Positions 37,888-47,522 of a stretch of DNA of 64,000 nt are shown here, in pieces. The DNA lies in assembly GCA_050173015.1 (NCBI GenBank), contig JBFXLE010000004.1:64001-128000 (forward strand). Direction: 5' to 3'. The translations under genes were made by a program, and so were the position numbers. The stretch comes from Calditrichaceae bacterium (GTDB lineage: Bacteria > Calditrichota > Calditrichia > Calditrichales > JBFXGD01). The notes beneath the pieces are model-generated. The model saw only the letters and a list, made by a program, of their open reading frames with translations. It was not told where the DNA came from and did no database searches. Position 1 is the first letter of the stretch. Every line of letters begins with the position of its first letter.

Positions 37888-40090
37888 GAAATTCGACAGA
37901 CGCGAATTTATCAAAATTATGGGTGTCGGTACCGGAGGGGTAATGGTCGGTTCATCCATGTTGCAAGCGCTGGATTTTGGTTCGCTTAATGCCGTCACGC
38001 AAGGGGCAATGGACAGAACCCCCACCTACTGCGAGATATGTTTCTGGAAATGCGCCGGATGGGTTTATAAAAAAGATGATAAACCATGGAAGATCGAAGG
38101 TAATCCGGATGATCCAAACAGCAACGGGCGGTTTTGTCCCCGTGGGACAGGCGGTATTGGCGCGTATAACGATCCTGATCGTTTAAAAACACCGCTAATC
38201 AGGGTTGAAGAACGTGGAAAACAGGTTTTCCGTGAAGCCTCCTGGGAAGAAGCGTTCGACTATATCGCTGAAAAAATGATTGATATTAAAGAAAATCATG
38301 GTCCGGAATGCGTGGCTTTGTTTACGCATGGTTCCGGCGGTGATTATTTTAAAACACTATTGCGGGGATACGGTTCAAACAACATCGCAGCTCCGTCATA
38401 CGCTCAGTGCCGCGGGCCGCGTGAAGAAGCTTACATGCTTACTTTTGGCGAGGCGGTCGGTTCTCCGGAAAGAACCGATATCGCTAACAGTAAATGCATC
38501 GTTCTGATCGGATCACATCTTGGTGAAAATATGCATAACGGTCAGGTACAGGAGTTCTCTGAAGCGGTGGCAAAAGGCGCGTCTGTTATCACGGTTGACC
38601 CCAGATTTTCGACGGCCGCCAGCAAATCAAAATATTGGCTTCCGATAAAACCCGGAACGGATATGGCCTTACTTCTTGCCTGGATACATGTCATTATAAA
38701 TGAAGAATTGTATGATAAAAAGTATGTGGAAAAATATACCTATGGATTTGAACAATTAAAGGCAGCGGTTAAGGATAAAACCCCGGAGTGGGCATACACG
38801 AAAACAACAATTAAACCGAACGTCATCCGGGAAACGGCCAGGGAAATGGCTAAAAACGCGCCTGCTACATTAGTGCATCCGGGACGCCATGTTACATGGT
38901 ACGGCGATGATACTCAGCGTGTCAGGGCAGGAGCAATCCTCAATGCGCTGCTCGGCTCCTGGGGACGCAGGGGAGGGTTTTATGTTCCAGCGAAAGCTCA
39001 TCTCGCCAAAGCCAAATTACCTCCGTTTCCGGCAACCAACAAGAGCTGGAAAGACGCGTTCCCCGGGAAATTCCCGCTGGCGAGCCTGGCCCTATCTTCG
39101 GGAATCTGTGACGCCACGATCCCTTCTCCCCAGCATGATTGTTCATTCAAGGGGTGGATCGTATACGGAACAAATCTGCCGCTGACACTTCCGGAACCGA
39201 AAAAAACATTGGAAGCGATTCAAAATCTTGAACTACTTGTGGCGATCGATATCATGCCCGCGGAGATCACCGGTTGGGCCGATGTTGTGCTTCCTGAATG
39301 CACATATTTGGAACGTTACGATGACATAAGAATATCTCCGGGACGCGTTCCGACCATTGCTTTACGCGCGCCGGCATTCGAGCCTAAGTATAATACAAAA
39401 CCGGCATACTGGATGGCCAGGGAACTGTCAAAACGATTGGGTCTTCAGCAATATTTTCCGGCTGAAACGATGGAAAAACATATTGATCAGAGACTCAAGA
39501 CAATCGGCAGCAGTCTGAAAGAAATGAAAAAGATTGGCGTTAAGCGGTTTGAAAACGAATATGACCTCTATTTTCTTAATGGAGAAGATTATGAGTTCGG
39601 CACGCCAACCGGTAAGATCGAATTATACTCAACCACACTAAGCGACGCGGGATTTGATCCAATTCCACAATATACCGCCCATGAGGAACCGCCTGCAAAT
39701 TATTACCGCCTTCTTTACGGACGGGCACCAATGCATACTTTTGGAAGGACAGCAAATAATCCTAACCTGAATGATCTGATGGATGAGAATGAAGTCTGGA
39801 TAAATCCTAAAGTCGCCAAAGAATGGGGAATCAAGAACAGGCAATATATTAAATTAGAGAACCAGGATGGTGTCATATCTAATAAAATTCGCGTAAAAGT
39901 GACTGAACGAATTCGTCATGATTCAGTCTATATGGTTCATGGATTCGGTCACACACAGAAACAAATGACCCGTTCTTATCAGAAGGGTGCAAATGACACG
40001 GGACTGATTAGCAGGGTTAAAGTTGATCCGATTATGGGAGGCACGGGAATGCGTGTTAATTTTGTCACCTTTAAGAGGGAGGTAGCGTAA
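37880..40090 (+). CDS. psrA: Polysulfide/thiosulfate reductase molybdopterin subunit (PsrA/PhsA)
   Basis: Tat signal DRREFIK; FS0 motif CEICFWKC...FCPRG; Mo-ligand region APSYAQCRG; ADVVLPECTYLER. Confidence 0.88.
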   Translation: MAKKFDRREFIKIMGVGTGGVMVGSSMLQALDFGSLNAVTQGAMDRTPTYCEICFWKCAGWVYKKDDKPWKIEGNPDDPNSNGRFCPRGTGGIGAYNDPDRLKTPLIRVEERGKQVFREASWEEAFDYIAEKMIDIKENHGPECVALFTHGSGGDYFKTLLRGYGSNNIAAPSYAQCRGPREEAYMLTFGEAVGSPERTDIANSKCIVLIGSHLGENMHNGQVQEFSEAVAKGASVITVDPRFSTAASKSKYWLPIKPGTDMALLLAWIHVIINEELYDKKYVEKYTYGFEQLKAAVKDKTPEWAYTKTTIKPNVIRETAREMAKNAPATLVHPGRHVTWYGDDTQRVRAGAILNALLGSWGRRGGFYVPAKAHLAKAKLPPFPATNKSWKDAFPGKFPLASLALSSGICDATIPSPQHDCSFKGWIVYGTNLPLTLPEPKKTLEAIQNLELLVAIDIMPAEITGWADVVLPECTYLERYDDIRISPGRVPTIALRAPAFEPKYNTKPAYWMARELSKRLGLQQYFPAETMEKHIDQRLKTIGSSLKEMKKIGVKRFENEYDLYFLNGEDYEFGTPTGKIELYSTTLSDAGFDPIPQYTAHEEPPANYYRLLYGRAPMHTFGRTANNPNLNDLMDENEVWINPKVAKEWGIKNRQYIKLENQDGVISNKIRVKVTERIRHDSVYMVHGFGHTQKQMTRSYQKGANDTGLISRVKVDPIMGGTGMRVNFVTFKREVA

Positions 40091-40627
40091 ATGTCTCGAT
40101 ATGCAATGGCTATAGATACAAAACGATGTGTGGGTTGCGCCGATTGCGTTGTTGCCTGCCAGACGGAAAATAATGTTCCGATAGGATACTGTAAAGACTG
40201 GATTGTTGAGGAAATGACCGGTGTCTATCCGGAATTACAGCTTGAAATCCGCTCAGAACGATGCAATCACTGTGAAGACGCGCCCTGTGTGCGTTCCTGC
40301 CCGACCAGCGCCAGTCATTATGAAGAAGGTGGCATTGTTCTGGTGACTCATGAGGAATGTATCGGTTGTAAGGCGTGTATTGCTTCCTGCCCTTACGATG
40401 CAAGATTTGTTCATCCTGAAGGCTATGTGGATAAGTGTACATTTTGTATTCACAGAGTTAAAGACGGAAAAGATCCGGCATGTGTCAGCGTCTGTCCGAC
40501 ACACGCGATGATTTTTGGAGATCTGGATGATCCGAATAGTGAGATCTCAAAAACAATCCGTACGAGAAAAAATAAGACACTCATCCCGGAAGCAGGTACA
40601 AAACCTCATGTTTATTATCTGCTGTAA
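40091..40627 (+). CDS. psrB: 4Fe-4S dicluster electron-transfer subunit (PsrB/NrfC)
   Basis: CVGCADCVVAC, CNHCEDAPCVRSCP, CIGCKACIASCPY, KCTFC...PACVSVCP. Confidence 0.92.
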   Translation: MSRYAMAIDTKRCVGCADCVVACQTENNVPIGYCKDWIVEEMTGVYPELQLEIRSERCNHCEDAPCVRSCPTSASHYEEGGIVLVTHEECIGCKACIASCPYDARFVHPEGYVDKCTFCIHRVKDGKDPACVSVCPTHAMIFGDLDDPNSEISKTIRTRKNKTLIPEAGTKPHVYYLL

Positions 40628-40677
40628 AATATGAACCGGTTTTTAGGATTTGTAAATAAAATTTCTGGAGAATCAAA

Positions 40678-41631
40678 ATGAAAGAAATAACCATCACATC
40701 AGGGAGAATGAATCCGGGTATTGATCCGGTGCTTCATGCATGGGGTTGGGAAATCCCTGTTTACCTGTTTCTTGGAGGGCTTGTTGCCGGTATTCTGTTC
40801 TTCTCAACTCTATATTATATCCGCGGCCGACAGAATGACTACCCGACAGCGGTGAAAATCGCGCCGTTATTTGTCCCCGTGTTTTTATCAATCGGATTGC
40901 TGGCGTTGTTTCTCGATTTGTCGCATAAACTCTATTTTTGGCGACTGTACACGACAGTCCGGTGGGAGTCACCGATGTCCTGGGGCGCGTGGACGCTTCT
41001 TTTAATCTTTCCGCTCTCCATACTCTGGATCGCAACATGGATCGAGGATGTATTTCCTAAATGGAACTGGAAATATAAAATATTAAAAATCAGCGCGGAT
41101 TTACTAAAAAATTACCGCAAACTTCTGGCCTGGTCGGTTATGATCCTCGCGCTTATTCTCGGTATGTACACAGGTATTCTGCTTTCCGCCTTTAATGCGC
41201 GTCCATTCTGGAACACATCGATACTCGGGCCCTTATTTCTGGTTTCCGGTTTATCCACAGGAACGGCGTTCATCATTTTGCTGTCAAAATCTCATGAAGA
41301 GAAGAAAAGGTTCAGTCAGATTGATTTAACCCTGATTGGTGCGGAGCTGTTCTTAATCGTTCATATGTTTATGGGATTTCTGGCCAGCACCGAGGTCCAT
41401 ATTCAGGCCGCGGAACTTTTCCTCGGCGGACCGTACACCGCTGTATTCTGGACATTTATCGTCGGATTAGGGCTGGTGATTCCGCTTATTGTAGAGCTTC
41501 TGGAACTTCGCGGCGTGAAGATTCCTTTGCAAATTCCGGCATTGCTTGTGCTTATGGGCGGATTTATTCTGAGATTCATTGTTGTTGACGCCGGGCAGAC
41601 TTCGAGATGGCTGTATAAGTTTTTGGAGTAG
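40678..41631 (+). CDS. psrC: NrfD/PsrC membrane anchor subunit
   Basis: WGWEIPVYLFLGGL, LFLDL, SPMSWGAW, YTGILL..RPFWN. Confidence 0.9.
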   Translation: MKEITITSGRMNPGIDPVLHAWGWEIPVYLFLGGLVAGILFFSTLYYIRGRQNDYPTAVKIAPLFVPVFLSIGLLALFLDLSHKLYFWRLYTTVRWESPMSWGAWTLLLIFPLSILWIATWIEDVFPKWNWKYKILKISADLLKNYRKLLAWSVMILALILGMYTGILLSAFNARPFWNTSILGPLFLVSGLSTGTAFIILLSKSHEEKKRFSQIDLTLIGAELFLIVHMFMGFLASTEVHIQAAELFLGGPYTAVFWTFIVGLGLVIPLIVELLELRGVKIPLQIPALLVLMGGFILRFIVVDAGQTSRWLYKFLE

Positions 41632-41639
41632 GGAGGAAG

Positions 41640-42178
41640 AAGAAGTAGGAAGTAAGAAGTAGGAAGTAGGAAGGTTAAGAAAAAAGAAAAAAGAAAAAAG
41701 AAAAAAGATTAAGAACGGTCTGAACCTGGATTAAAATGATTAAATGATTTGGATGATTAAGAAATTGGAAATCAGAGTTGTCATTTAATCAGTCGAATCA
41801 GAGTTCAGACAAAGAAGTAAGAAGTAGGAAGTTGGAAGTGGGAAGTGGGAAGGTTAAGAAAAAAGAAAAAAGAAAAAAGATTAAGAACGGTCTGAACCGG
41901 GATTAAAATGATTAAATGATTTGGATGATTAAGAAATTGGAAATCAGAGTTGTCATTTAATCAGTCGAATCAGAGTTCAGACAAAGAAGTAAGAAGTAGG
42001 AAGTAAGAAGTAGGAAGTGGGAAGGTTAAGAAAAAAGAAAAATGAAAAAAGATTAAGAACGGTCTGAACCGGGATTAAAATGATTAAATGATTTGGATGA
42101 TTAAGAAATTGGAAATCAGAGTTGTCATTTAATCAGTCGAATCAGAGTTCAGACAAAGAAGTAAGAAGTAGGAAGGTT
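41640..42178. repeat. Composite tandem repeat: 3 x 172-bp units of heptamer arrays plus a 93-bp palindromic element
   Basis: GATTAAGAAC starts at 41707, 41879, 42051 (period 172); GTCTGAAC...GTTCAGAC elements at 41718-41810, 41890-41982, 42062-42154; (RGAAGTR)n and (AAGAAAA)n heptamers between them. Confidence 0.95.
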
Positions 42179-42279
42179 TAAAAAAAATATTGGGTGAGGA
42201 AGTCCGTGCCCAAAGAAAAAAGTGGATCTTAAAATAAATATAAAGAATAATTCCGGGTTTTAACGAGAGGAATCAAAAG

Positions 42280-42783
42280 ATGAAAGAACAAAAGTATTGG
42301 TCACCCTATTTATCAGGAATTGGCCTGGGGATTACACTCTTGCTGGCTTTTGTGATTATGGGGCGGGGACTTGGCGCTTCCGGTGCCATGATGAGGTTTG
42401 AAGTCTGGTTTCTAAACCTGTTCGCAGCCGATCATGTGGCGGCAAATCCTTATTTTAGCAAATATGCAAATAATCCTTTGTCAAACTGGCTGATTTTTGA
42501 AGTAATTGGTGTCATTATCGGCGGATTTTTATCAGGGGCTCTCGCGGGACGCCTGAAATTTAAAATCGGCAAAGGTCCGAATATTTCAAACAAAGGGCGT
42601 TTAGCTCTTGCTTTTGGTGGAGGCGCCTTAATGGGATTCGCCGCGCGTTTGGCGCGAGGATGTACCAGTGGTCTTGCGCTTACCGGTGGGGCGACGCTCG
42701 CTCTTGGAGGCTGGGTTTTTATGCTGATGATCTTCGCGGGTGGATACATGACCGCATATTTCGTCCGGAGACAGTGGTTATAA
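42280..42783 (+). CDS. YeeE/YedE family sulfur-compound transporter, half 1
   Basis: WSPYLSGIGLG, GLGASG, GGFLSG, GFAARLARGCTSG. Confidence 0.9.
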   Translation: MKEQKYWSPYLSGIGLGITLLLAFVIMGRGLGASGAMMRFEVWFLNLFAADHVAANPYFSKYANNPLSNWLIFEVIGVIIGGFLSGALAGRLKFKIGKGPNISNKGRLALAFGGGALMGFAARLARGCTSGLALTGGATLALGGWVFMLMIFAGGYMTAYFVRRQWL

Positions 42784-42844
42784 ATCAATGATCGTCAAAG
42801 GGAATATGATCTGATAAGAATTTTAGATCTTCTCGGAAATTTAA

Positions 42845-43450
42845 ATGATGGAGAAAACTATGGCACCCTTTTTTAAAATGGGATTTTTTGGAGAGCAGAC
42901 AAGTTTTATAATCGCTCTGATCCTTGGTATCAGTTTTGGTTTCTGGCTGGAAAGAGCCGGTTTTGGCGACAGCCGTAAATTAGCCCTTCAATTTTATTTT
43001 GAAGATATGACGGTCCTGAAAGTCATGTTTACGGCCATACTGGTGGCGATGGTAGGAATGATGTATATGACCTTGTTTGGCTATCTCGATATTGAAAAAG
43101 TATATATCAATCCGACATATATCTGGGCTCAGACAATCGGCGGACTCGTTTTGGGAGTCGGTTTCGCGATCGGCGGATATTGCCCGGGTACCTCAGTTGT
43201 GGGCGCGGCGACTGGAAGAATTGACGGTTTTGTGTATATTTTGGGAGCTCTGTTCGGGATGTTCGTGTTTGGGGAGATGTTCCCGTTCATCGAAGAGTTC
43301 TATTATGCCGGTTTCATGGGTAACGCGAAGCTGACCGACTTTTTTGGTCTTTCCACCGGTGTGGTGGGACTTCTCGTTATTCTGATGGCCGTGGGTATGT
43401 TTTACGGCGGTGAATGGTTGGAGAGAAAGTTCAGGAAGGAGACTGTATAA
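42845..43450 (+). CDS. YeeE/YedE family sulfur-compound transporter, half 2
   Basis: FGFWLERAGF, DMTVLKVMFTAI, GVGFAIGGYCPGTS. Confidence 0.9.
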   Translation: MMEKTMAPFFKMGFFGEQTSFIIALILGISFGFWLERAGFGDSRKLALQFYFEDMTVLKVMFTAILVAMVGMMYMTLFGYLDIEKVYINPTYIWAQTIGGLVLGVGFAIGGYCPGTSVVGAATGRIDGFVYILGALFGMFVFGEMFPFIEEFYYAGFMGNAKLTDFFGLSTGVVGLLVILMAVGMFYGGEWLERKFRKETV

Positions 43451-44076
43451 TGACATTTTCAAGCAAAACTCTCGGTTTTGGTTTGTTGGTTTTATTGGGT
43501 CTGATTCTGGCATTCTCACCCGTGGATAAGATGAGCCGGAAGCCGGTTACAGCCGAACAACTGATCAAAGAAATCACGACAAAAAAAGATTTTGTTCAGC
43601 CGGAAGACCTGGCGCACTGGATTATTGATAAAGATCCGGGTTTTCAGGTGATTGATGTCCGGTCAAAGGATGACTATGCAAAATATCATATTCCCGGAAG
43701 TGTCAGCATTCCGCTTGAGAAATTGGTCGATTCAGAGAGCAGGGACTATATCTATGCGAATAAAATGTTGATTCTTACTTCAAACGGAAACACAAATGCA
43801 TCCCAGGCCTGGATTTTTATGAAGCAATTGGGATATAAGGAAGTTTATATTCTTTCGGGCGGAATGAATTACTGGGTAGATGTTTTTAGCAATCCTAATC
43901 CTCCGGAAGGTAGCTACACGGACGATGAACTCTTCACTTACCAGTTCCGAAAAGCGGCTGGGCCGGTGATGATGGGAACGGCGGTCGCTACTTCATCCGA
44001 AGTAACAATTGAAGCGCCGGCTCCTGTAAAAAGAGCAATCAGGATGCCAAAGAAAAAGCGTGATGAGGGATGTTAA
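43450..44076 (+). CDS. Membrane-anchored rhodanese-like protein with C-terminal EGC; start placed at 43450
   Basis: N-terminal TM/signal; VIDVRS..Y...HIPGS, LSGGMNYW; ATG overlaps the yeeE stop (TAATG). Confidence 0.85.
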   Translation: MTFSSKTLGFGLLVLLGLILAFSPVDKMSRKPVTAEQLIKEITTKKDFVQPEDLAHWIIDKDPGFQVIDVRSKDDYAKYHIPGSVSIPLEKLVDSESRDYIYANKMLILTSNGNTNASQAWIFMKQLGYKEVYILSGGMNYWVDVFSNPNPPEGSYTDDELFTYQFRKAAGPVMMGTAVATSSEVTIEAPAPVKRAIRMPKKKRDEGC

Positions 44077-44085
44077 GATTACCTG

Positions 44086-44120
44086 AAGCAGGGCAGATAA
44101 TTTCTGCTCTGCTTTTTTTT
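44086..44120. terminator. Terminator between convergent operons
   Basis: AAGCAGGGCAGA-TAATT-TCTGCTCTGCTT followed by a T-run. Confidence 0.8.
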
Positions 44121-45744
44121 ATTTGTTGAATAGTTCTTCTATGCCGTCGTTTTTAAATGCCCTTGTCCGCCACTTTTTGTAATCCGCCGATTTTTCCAAC
44201 AATCTTCGTTGTTCCTGACTGTTTAATAAACGGCTTCCCGGTATAACAGGTTCGGTCGGCAGAGTTATTGAATTTGAAACGGAGTTCGAAAAAGCATTGC
44301 GAATTCCCAATCCGGCGGCTTTGGTATTACCGTGACAGCTTTCACAGACGCGCCCACTCTTCCCGGTTGTGTGGGGTGTGTACGCATCCCATGACCAACC
44401 GGGGCGCCCGTCAGATCTTTTCGGGATGACCGAATCAAGCCATAAATTTTCACTGGAATCCACATACGTTATAAAATACTGATGTAGCGGTCGGATAATT
44501 GAGTATTTTCCATTGGAATTTACTCCCAGCACGGGATCTTCCCATCGTCTGAACGACCAGCCTTTATACCAGATTCCGGTTGATTCCACACCTGTTAAAC
44601 GATTGGGCGAATGAGCGGTTGGCCGTACTGTCGGATCAATCAGAAACATATCGGTCAATAAATTGATAACGGATTTATCTCCCTGCCAAATCAAATTTTC
44701 CCATATTTCATAATGTTTGGTTTCATCCAGAAAAAGATGAAGACCGTAATCCTGGTATGACCATTGCGCGTGACACGAACCGCAGGTTAAATCCGCGTGA
44801 AAATCCATATGTGATATGATGTCTTTATTAAATTTTATTACATCTTTTTTATTTGGAGCTTGTTTAAATCCGCCGTGGCAATTTTCGCACCTGATATCCG
44901 AAGGCTGCTCTCCAAATTTTCTATTTCGGAAATCACCCATGACACTCTGTGAAGTGTGACAGTCAAGACATGTCATACCCGCATTCTGATGCACATCGGT
45001 AGCGAGACGGTGCTGATAGGCGCCGAAGAAGGGTTGGCTTCCGTAAGGCGTCGCGTATTCCTGATGATAGTCATGTTCAAAATAACCATAATAGTCACCA
45101 CCGATATGATTATTTGAATGACAAGTCAGACAGGTTTTATCCACAACTTTTTTCTGCATTTTATGACCATGCAGGGGCTCACCATTTTTCTGATCGAAGG
45201 GAATATGACAAGATGCGCATCCGCCGGCTCTTATTTTACCAGGCTGCTCATCCTTCCCTGAAGCGTTAAAGTGACAGGAAAGACATTTTTTTGCCAGCAG
45301 ATTGTCCACGAGCTCCGGAGGGGTCGTACCTGTGGCGCGTCCTGTTCTGCCCAGCAGTTTCCATTGATCGGGATCAGGATTCGTAACAAGCGTTTTGTCT
45401 TTTCCCCAAAGATATCTGGTCTGTGAGATCATTCCCCCGGCAGAGTAGTGAAGGCTGTTTTTAAATTGAGTGATTTCTTTTTGATGACAGCTGAGACATT
45501 TTTCACGCCACCATTTTTCTAATGAAGGATTTTGTATCACACGCGAATGACCTGCCTGATCGGGTTGAAAATCAGCGTTTGGTGAGGAATGACAGTCCGC
45601 GCAGGTAATATTGCAGCTGGATTCAATACCCTTATGACAATCAACGCAGTTCTCGCCCGCGTATCCGGCGGACACGACCATGAGCAATAAAACCTGAAGG
45701 CTTATTTGTCGGATTAACCTCACAGAATAACAACTCTTAATCAT
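44119..45744 (-). CDS. Multiheme cytochrome c (10 CxxCH)
   Basis: CVDCH, CADCH, CLSCH x2, CASCH, CLTCH, CLDCH, CENCH, CGSCH, CESCH; signal peptide; ATG at 45744 overlaps the upstream stop. Confidence 0.9.
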   Translation of the reverse strand: MIKSCYSVRLIRQISLQVLLLMVVSAGYAGENCVDCHKGIESSCNITCADCHSSPNADFQPDQAGHSRVIQNPSLEKWWREKCLSCHQKEITQFKNSLHYSAGGMISQTRYLWGKDKTLVTNPDPDQWKLLGRTGRATGTTPPELVDNLLAKKCLSCHFNASGKDEQPGKIRAGGCASCHIPFDQKNGEPLHGHKMQKKVVDKTCLTCHSNNHIGGDYYGYFEHDYHQEYATPYGSQPFFGAYQHRLATDVHQNAGMTCLDCHTSQSVMGDFRNRKFGEQPSDIRCENCHGGFKQAPNKKDVIKFNKDIISHMDFHADLTCGSCHAQWSYQDYGLHLFLDETKHYEIWENLIWQGDKSVINLLTDMFLIDPTVRPTAHSPNRLTGVESTGIWYKGWSFRRWEDPVLGVNSNGKYSIIRPLHQYFITYVDSSENLWLDSVIPKRSDGRPGWSWDAYTPHTTGKSGRVCESCHGNTKAAGLGIRNAFSNSVSNSITLPTEPVIPGSRLLNSQEQRRLLEKSADYKKWRTRAFKNDGIEELFNK

Positions 45745-47522
45745 CAATTTTTTCTGCATGGCAGGTGGCTCTCATTCCGGTACCTTTCGATACTTTGTTC
45801 AAAATTTCTATAAATGGCGTCATTATAGGTATCATGACAGGTGATACAAAGACTAACCCTGTAAATGTTTTTGATCTCTTTCATGTCAAACGGGCGGGCG
45901 GTGAGTCTTGACATGCGTTGGGTCAGCCTGCCCTGACCATCGGTCATCATCTCAAGGCTAGTTTTCCCAAGGCCGGCCGTTTGCGTATCGTACAGTTGCT
46001 GTGTTTCGAAACCATTTTCTCGCGGTTTCAGAAATCCTTCTCCCATTCCTAGACGCTTGATATTACTGTGGCAATCTATACATTCCGGCACTGATTTTCT
46101 TGTAGAATGCGGATCAAACGGGGCCATGGTCAGCCAGGTTTTTTGCTGTCTGATCTGCAAAGAGTCATTCAGTTCGGTTAAATACACCTGGCATCCGGGA
46201 GCGAAGGGCATAACCCGATCCAGATTGTCCACACCGAGTGTGGGTTTTTCATAGCGCAGGTATGAGCGTCCCTCACGCCAGTGGCCGAATGTTTCCTCAT
46301 TGCTGACTTTGTCAAGCTGTTTTTTGGTGGGATCGTAAATATCATGACAACCGTAACACTGCGGCGTATAAGCGGAGTGACAGGACTGACATCCCATCCT
46401 ATCATGTCCCTGAAAATTACAGGCTTCATTATTTTTGTTTTGCGGAATTTCCAGCTCTTTACCGTCAAGTTTTCTGGTCAGCACGGGCTTTCCCGACCGC
46501 ATTTCTACATTGGCGTAAAATGAACCGCGGGTTGTTCTTGCCAACAGGGAATCATCCGGCATCATAAGATTTTGGTTGACAGATATAATTTTCCATACAA
46601 TATTATCCGCGGGAGGACGTTCAAATTCCGCGTCATGACAGTCTTCACATTTGATATGCACCTGCTGTTCAAGGTGCTCGTATCTTTTGCCGTCTCCCAT
46701 GATATCTTCCGCGACATGGCAGTCGATACAGGTCATTCCCGCGTCAAAATGGACATCCGCTGTTATATGATAGTAAAATCTGCCGCCTGAGAGTTCCATT
46801 TGGGAAGTATTTCCGCCCTCATAGGGTGTGCCGTATCCTTCTGATTCAAATTTTCCCTGATAGGTCAGCGCTGTTCTGTTGGAGCGGTTATGGCATTTTT
46901 CACAGGTCGGGATATCGATTTCCACACTCAGCGTTGGATGTATTTTCAAATTCTCGTTTTTCACCAGGTGACAATCGTTGCATCCGCCACCGCGTTCTCC
47001 GATTTCTCCGGGGAAATCATTTTCGCGTTTATTGATATGACAACTCGCGCAAAGCTTTCGGAGATGCGAGGTCGCCAGCGAAGTGTCCGGAATGTTCTGA
47101 TCTATATGAAGCGTGGAATCATCGGGAGTTGATTTTTCATACCATTGATAGAGAGTTGACGCAACCAGTCCTGAATTTGAAGTCATTATGGAATTTTTAA
47201 CGGAATGCGCCAGATCGGAATGGCATTCGCTTTTACCGCAGGTTTGGTCAACCCAGTGTAGATCGGATGGATTCCTGACCATGCCGTAGTGCGCGTTTCT
47301 TTCATCGGCTGCATCCGGATTTCCGAGATGACAGGTGTAACATCCAAAGATTTTATTTGGGTGTGAAGAACTCATATCCTTCTCATCAGCATGACAGGAA
47401 ATACAGCGGTCAGGCCGATTAAGGGCGTTTATGTTATCATTCGTGCCGTTATTCTGTATGGTTAAAATGATAACCAGAAGAAGAATCAAAATTGAAAGAA
47501 TTAAATATGTCCGGGGTTTCAT
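45744..47522 (-). CDS. Membrane-anchored multiheme cytochrome c (11 CxxCH + 1 CX4CH)
   Basis: CISCH, CYTCH, CGKSECH, CASCH, CNDCH, CEKCH, CIDCH, CEDCH, CQSCH, CYGCH, CIDCH, CITCH; N-terminal TM; ATGA overlap with cytochrome b. Confidence 0.9.
   Translation of the reverse strand: MKPRTYLILSILILLLVIILTIQNNGTNDNINALNRPDRCISCHADEKDMSSSHPNKIFGCYTCHLGNPDAADERNAHYGMVRNPSDLHWVDQTCGKSECHSDLAHSVKNSIMTSNSGLVASTLYQWYEKSTPDDSTLHIDQNIPDTSLATSHLRKLCASCHINKRENDFPGEIGERGGGCNDCHLVKNENLKIHPTLSVEIDIPTCEKCHNRSNRTALTYQGKFESEGYGTPYEGGNTSQMELSGGRFYYHITADVHFDAGMTCIDCHVAEDIMGDGKRYEHLEQQVHIKCEDCHDAEFERPPADNIVWKIISVNQNLMMPDDSLLARTTRGSFYANVEMRSGKPVLTRKLDGKELEIPQNKNNEACNFQGHDRMGCQSCHSAYTPQCYGCHDIYDPTKKQLDKVSNEETFGHWREGRSYLRYEKPTLGVDNLDRVMPFAPGCQVYLTELNDSLQIRQQKTWLTMAPFDPHSTRKSVPECIDCHSNIKRLGMGEGFLKPRENGFETQQLYDTQTAGLGKTSLEMMTDGQGRLTQRMSRLTARPFDMKEIKNIYRVSLCITCHDTYNDAIYRNFEQSIERYRNESHLPCRKN

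Noticed and set aside
41640-42178. Possible CRISPR array
   Set aside because: Units are 172 bp and nearly identical throughout, with no unique spacers and no cas genes
37880-44076. Selenocysteine recoding in the sulfur operon
   Set aside because: All ORFs are full length with Cys at the expected sites; no in-frame TGA is needed
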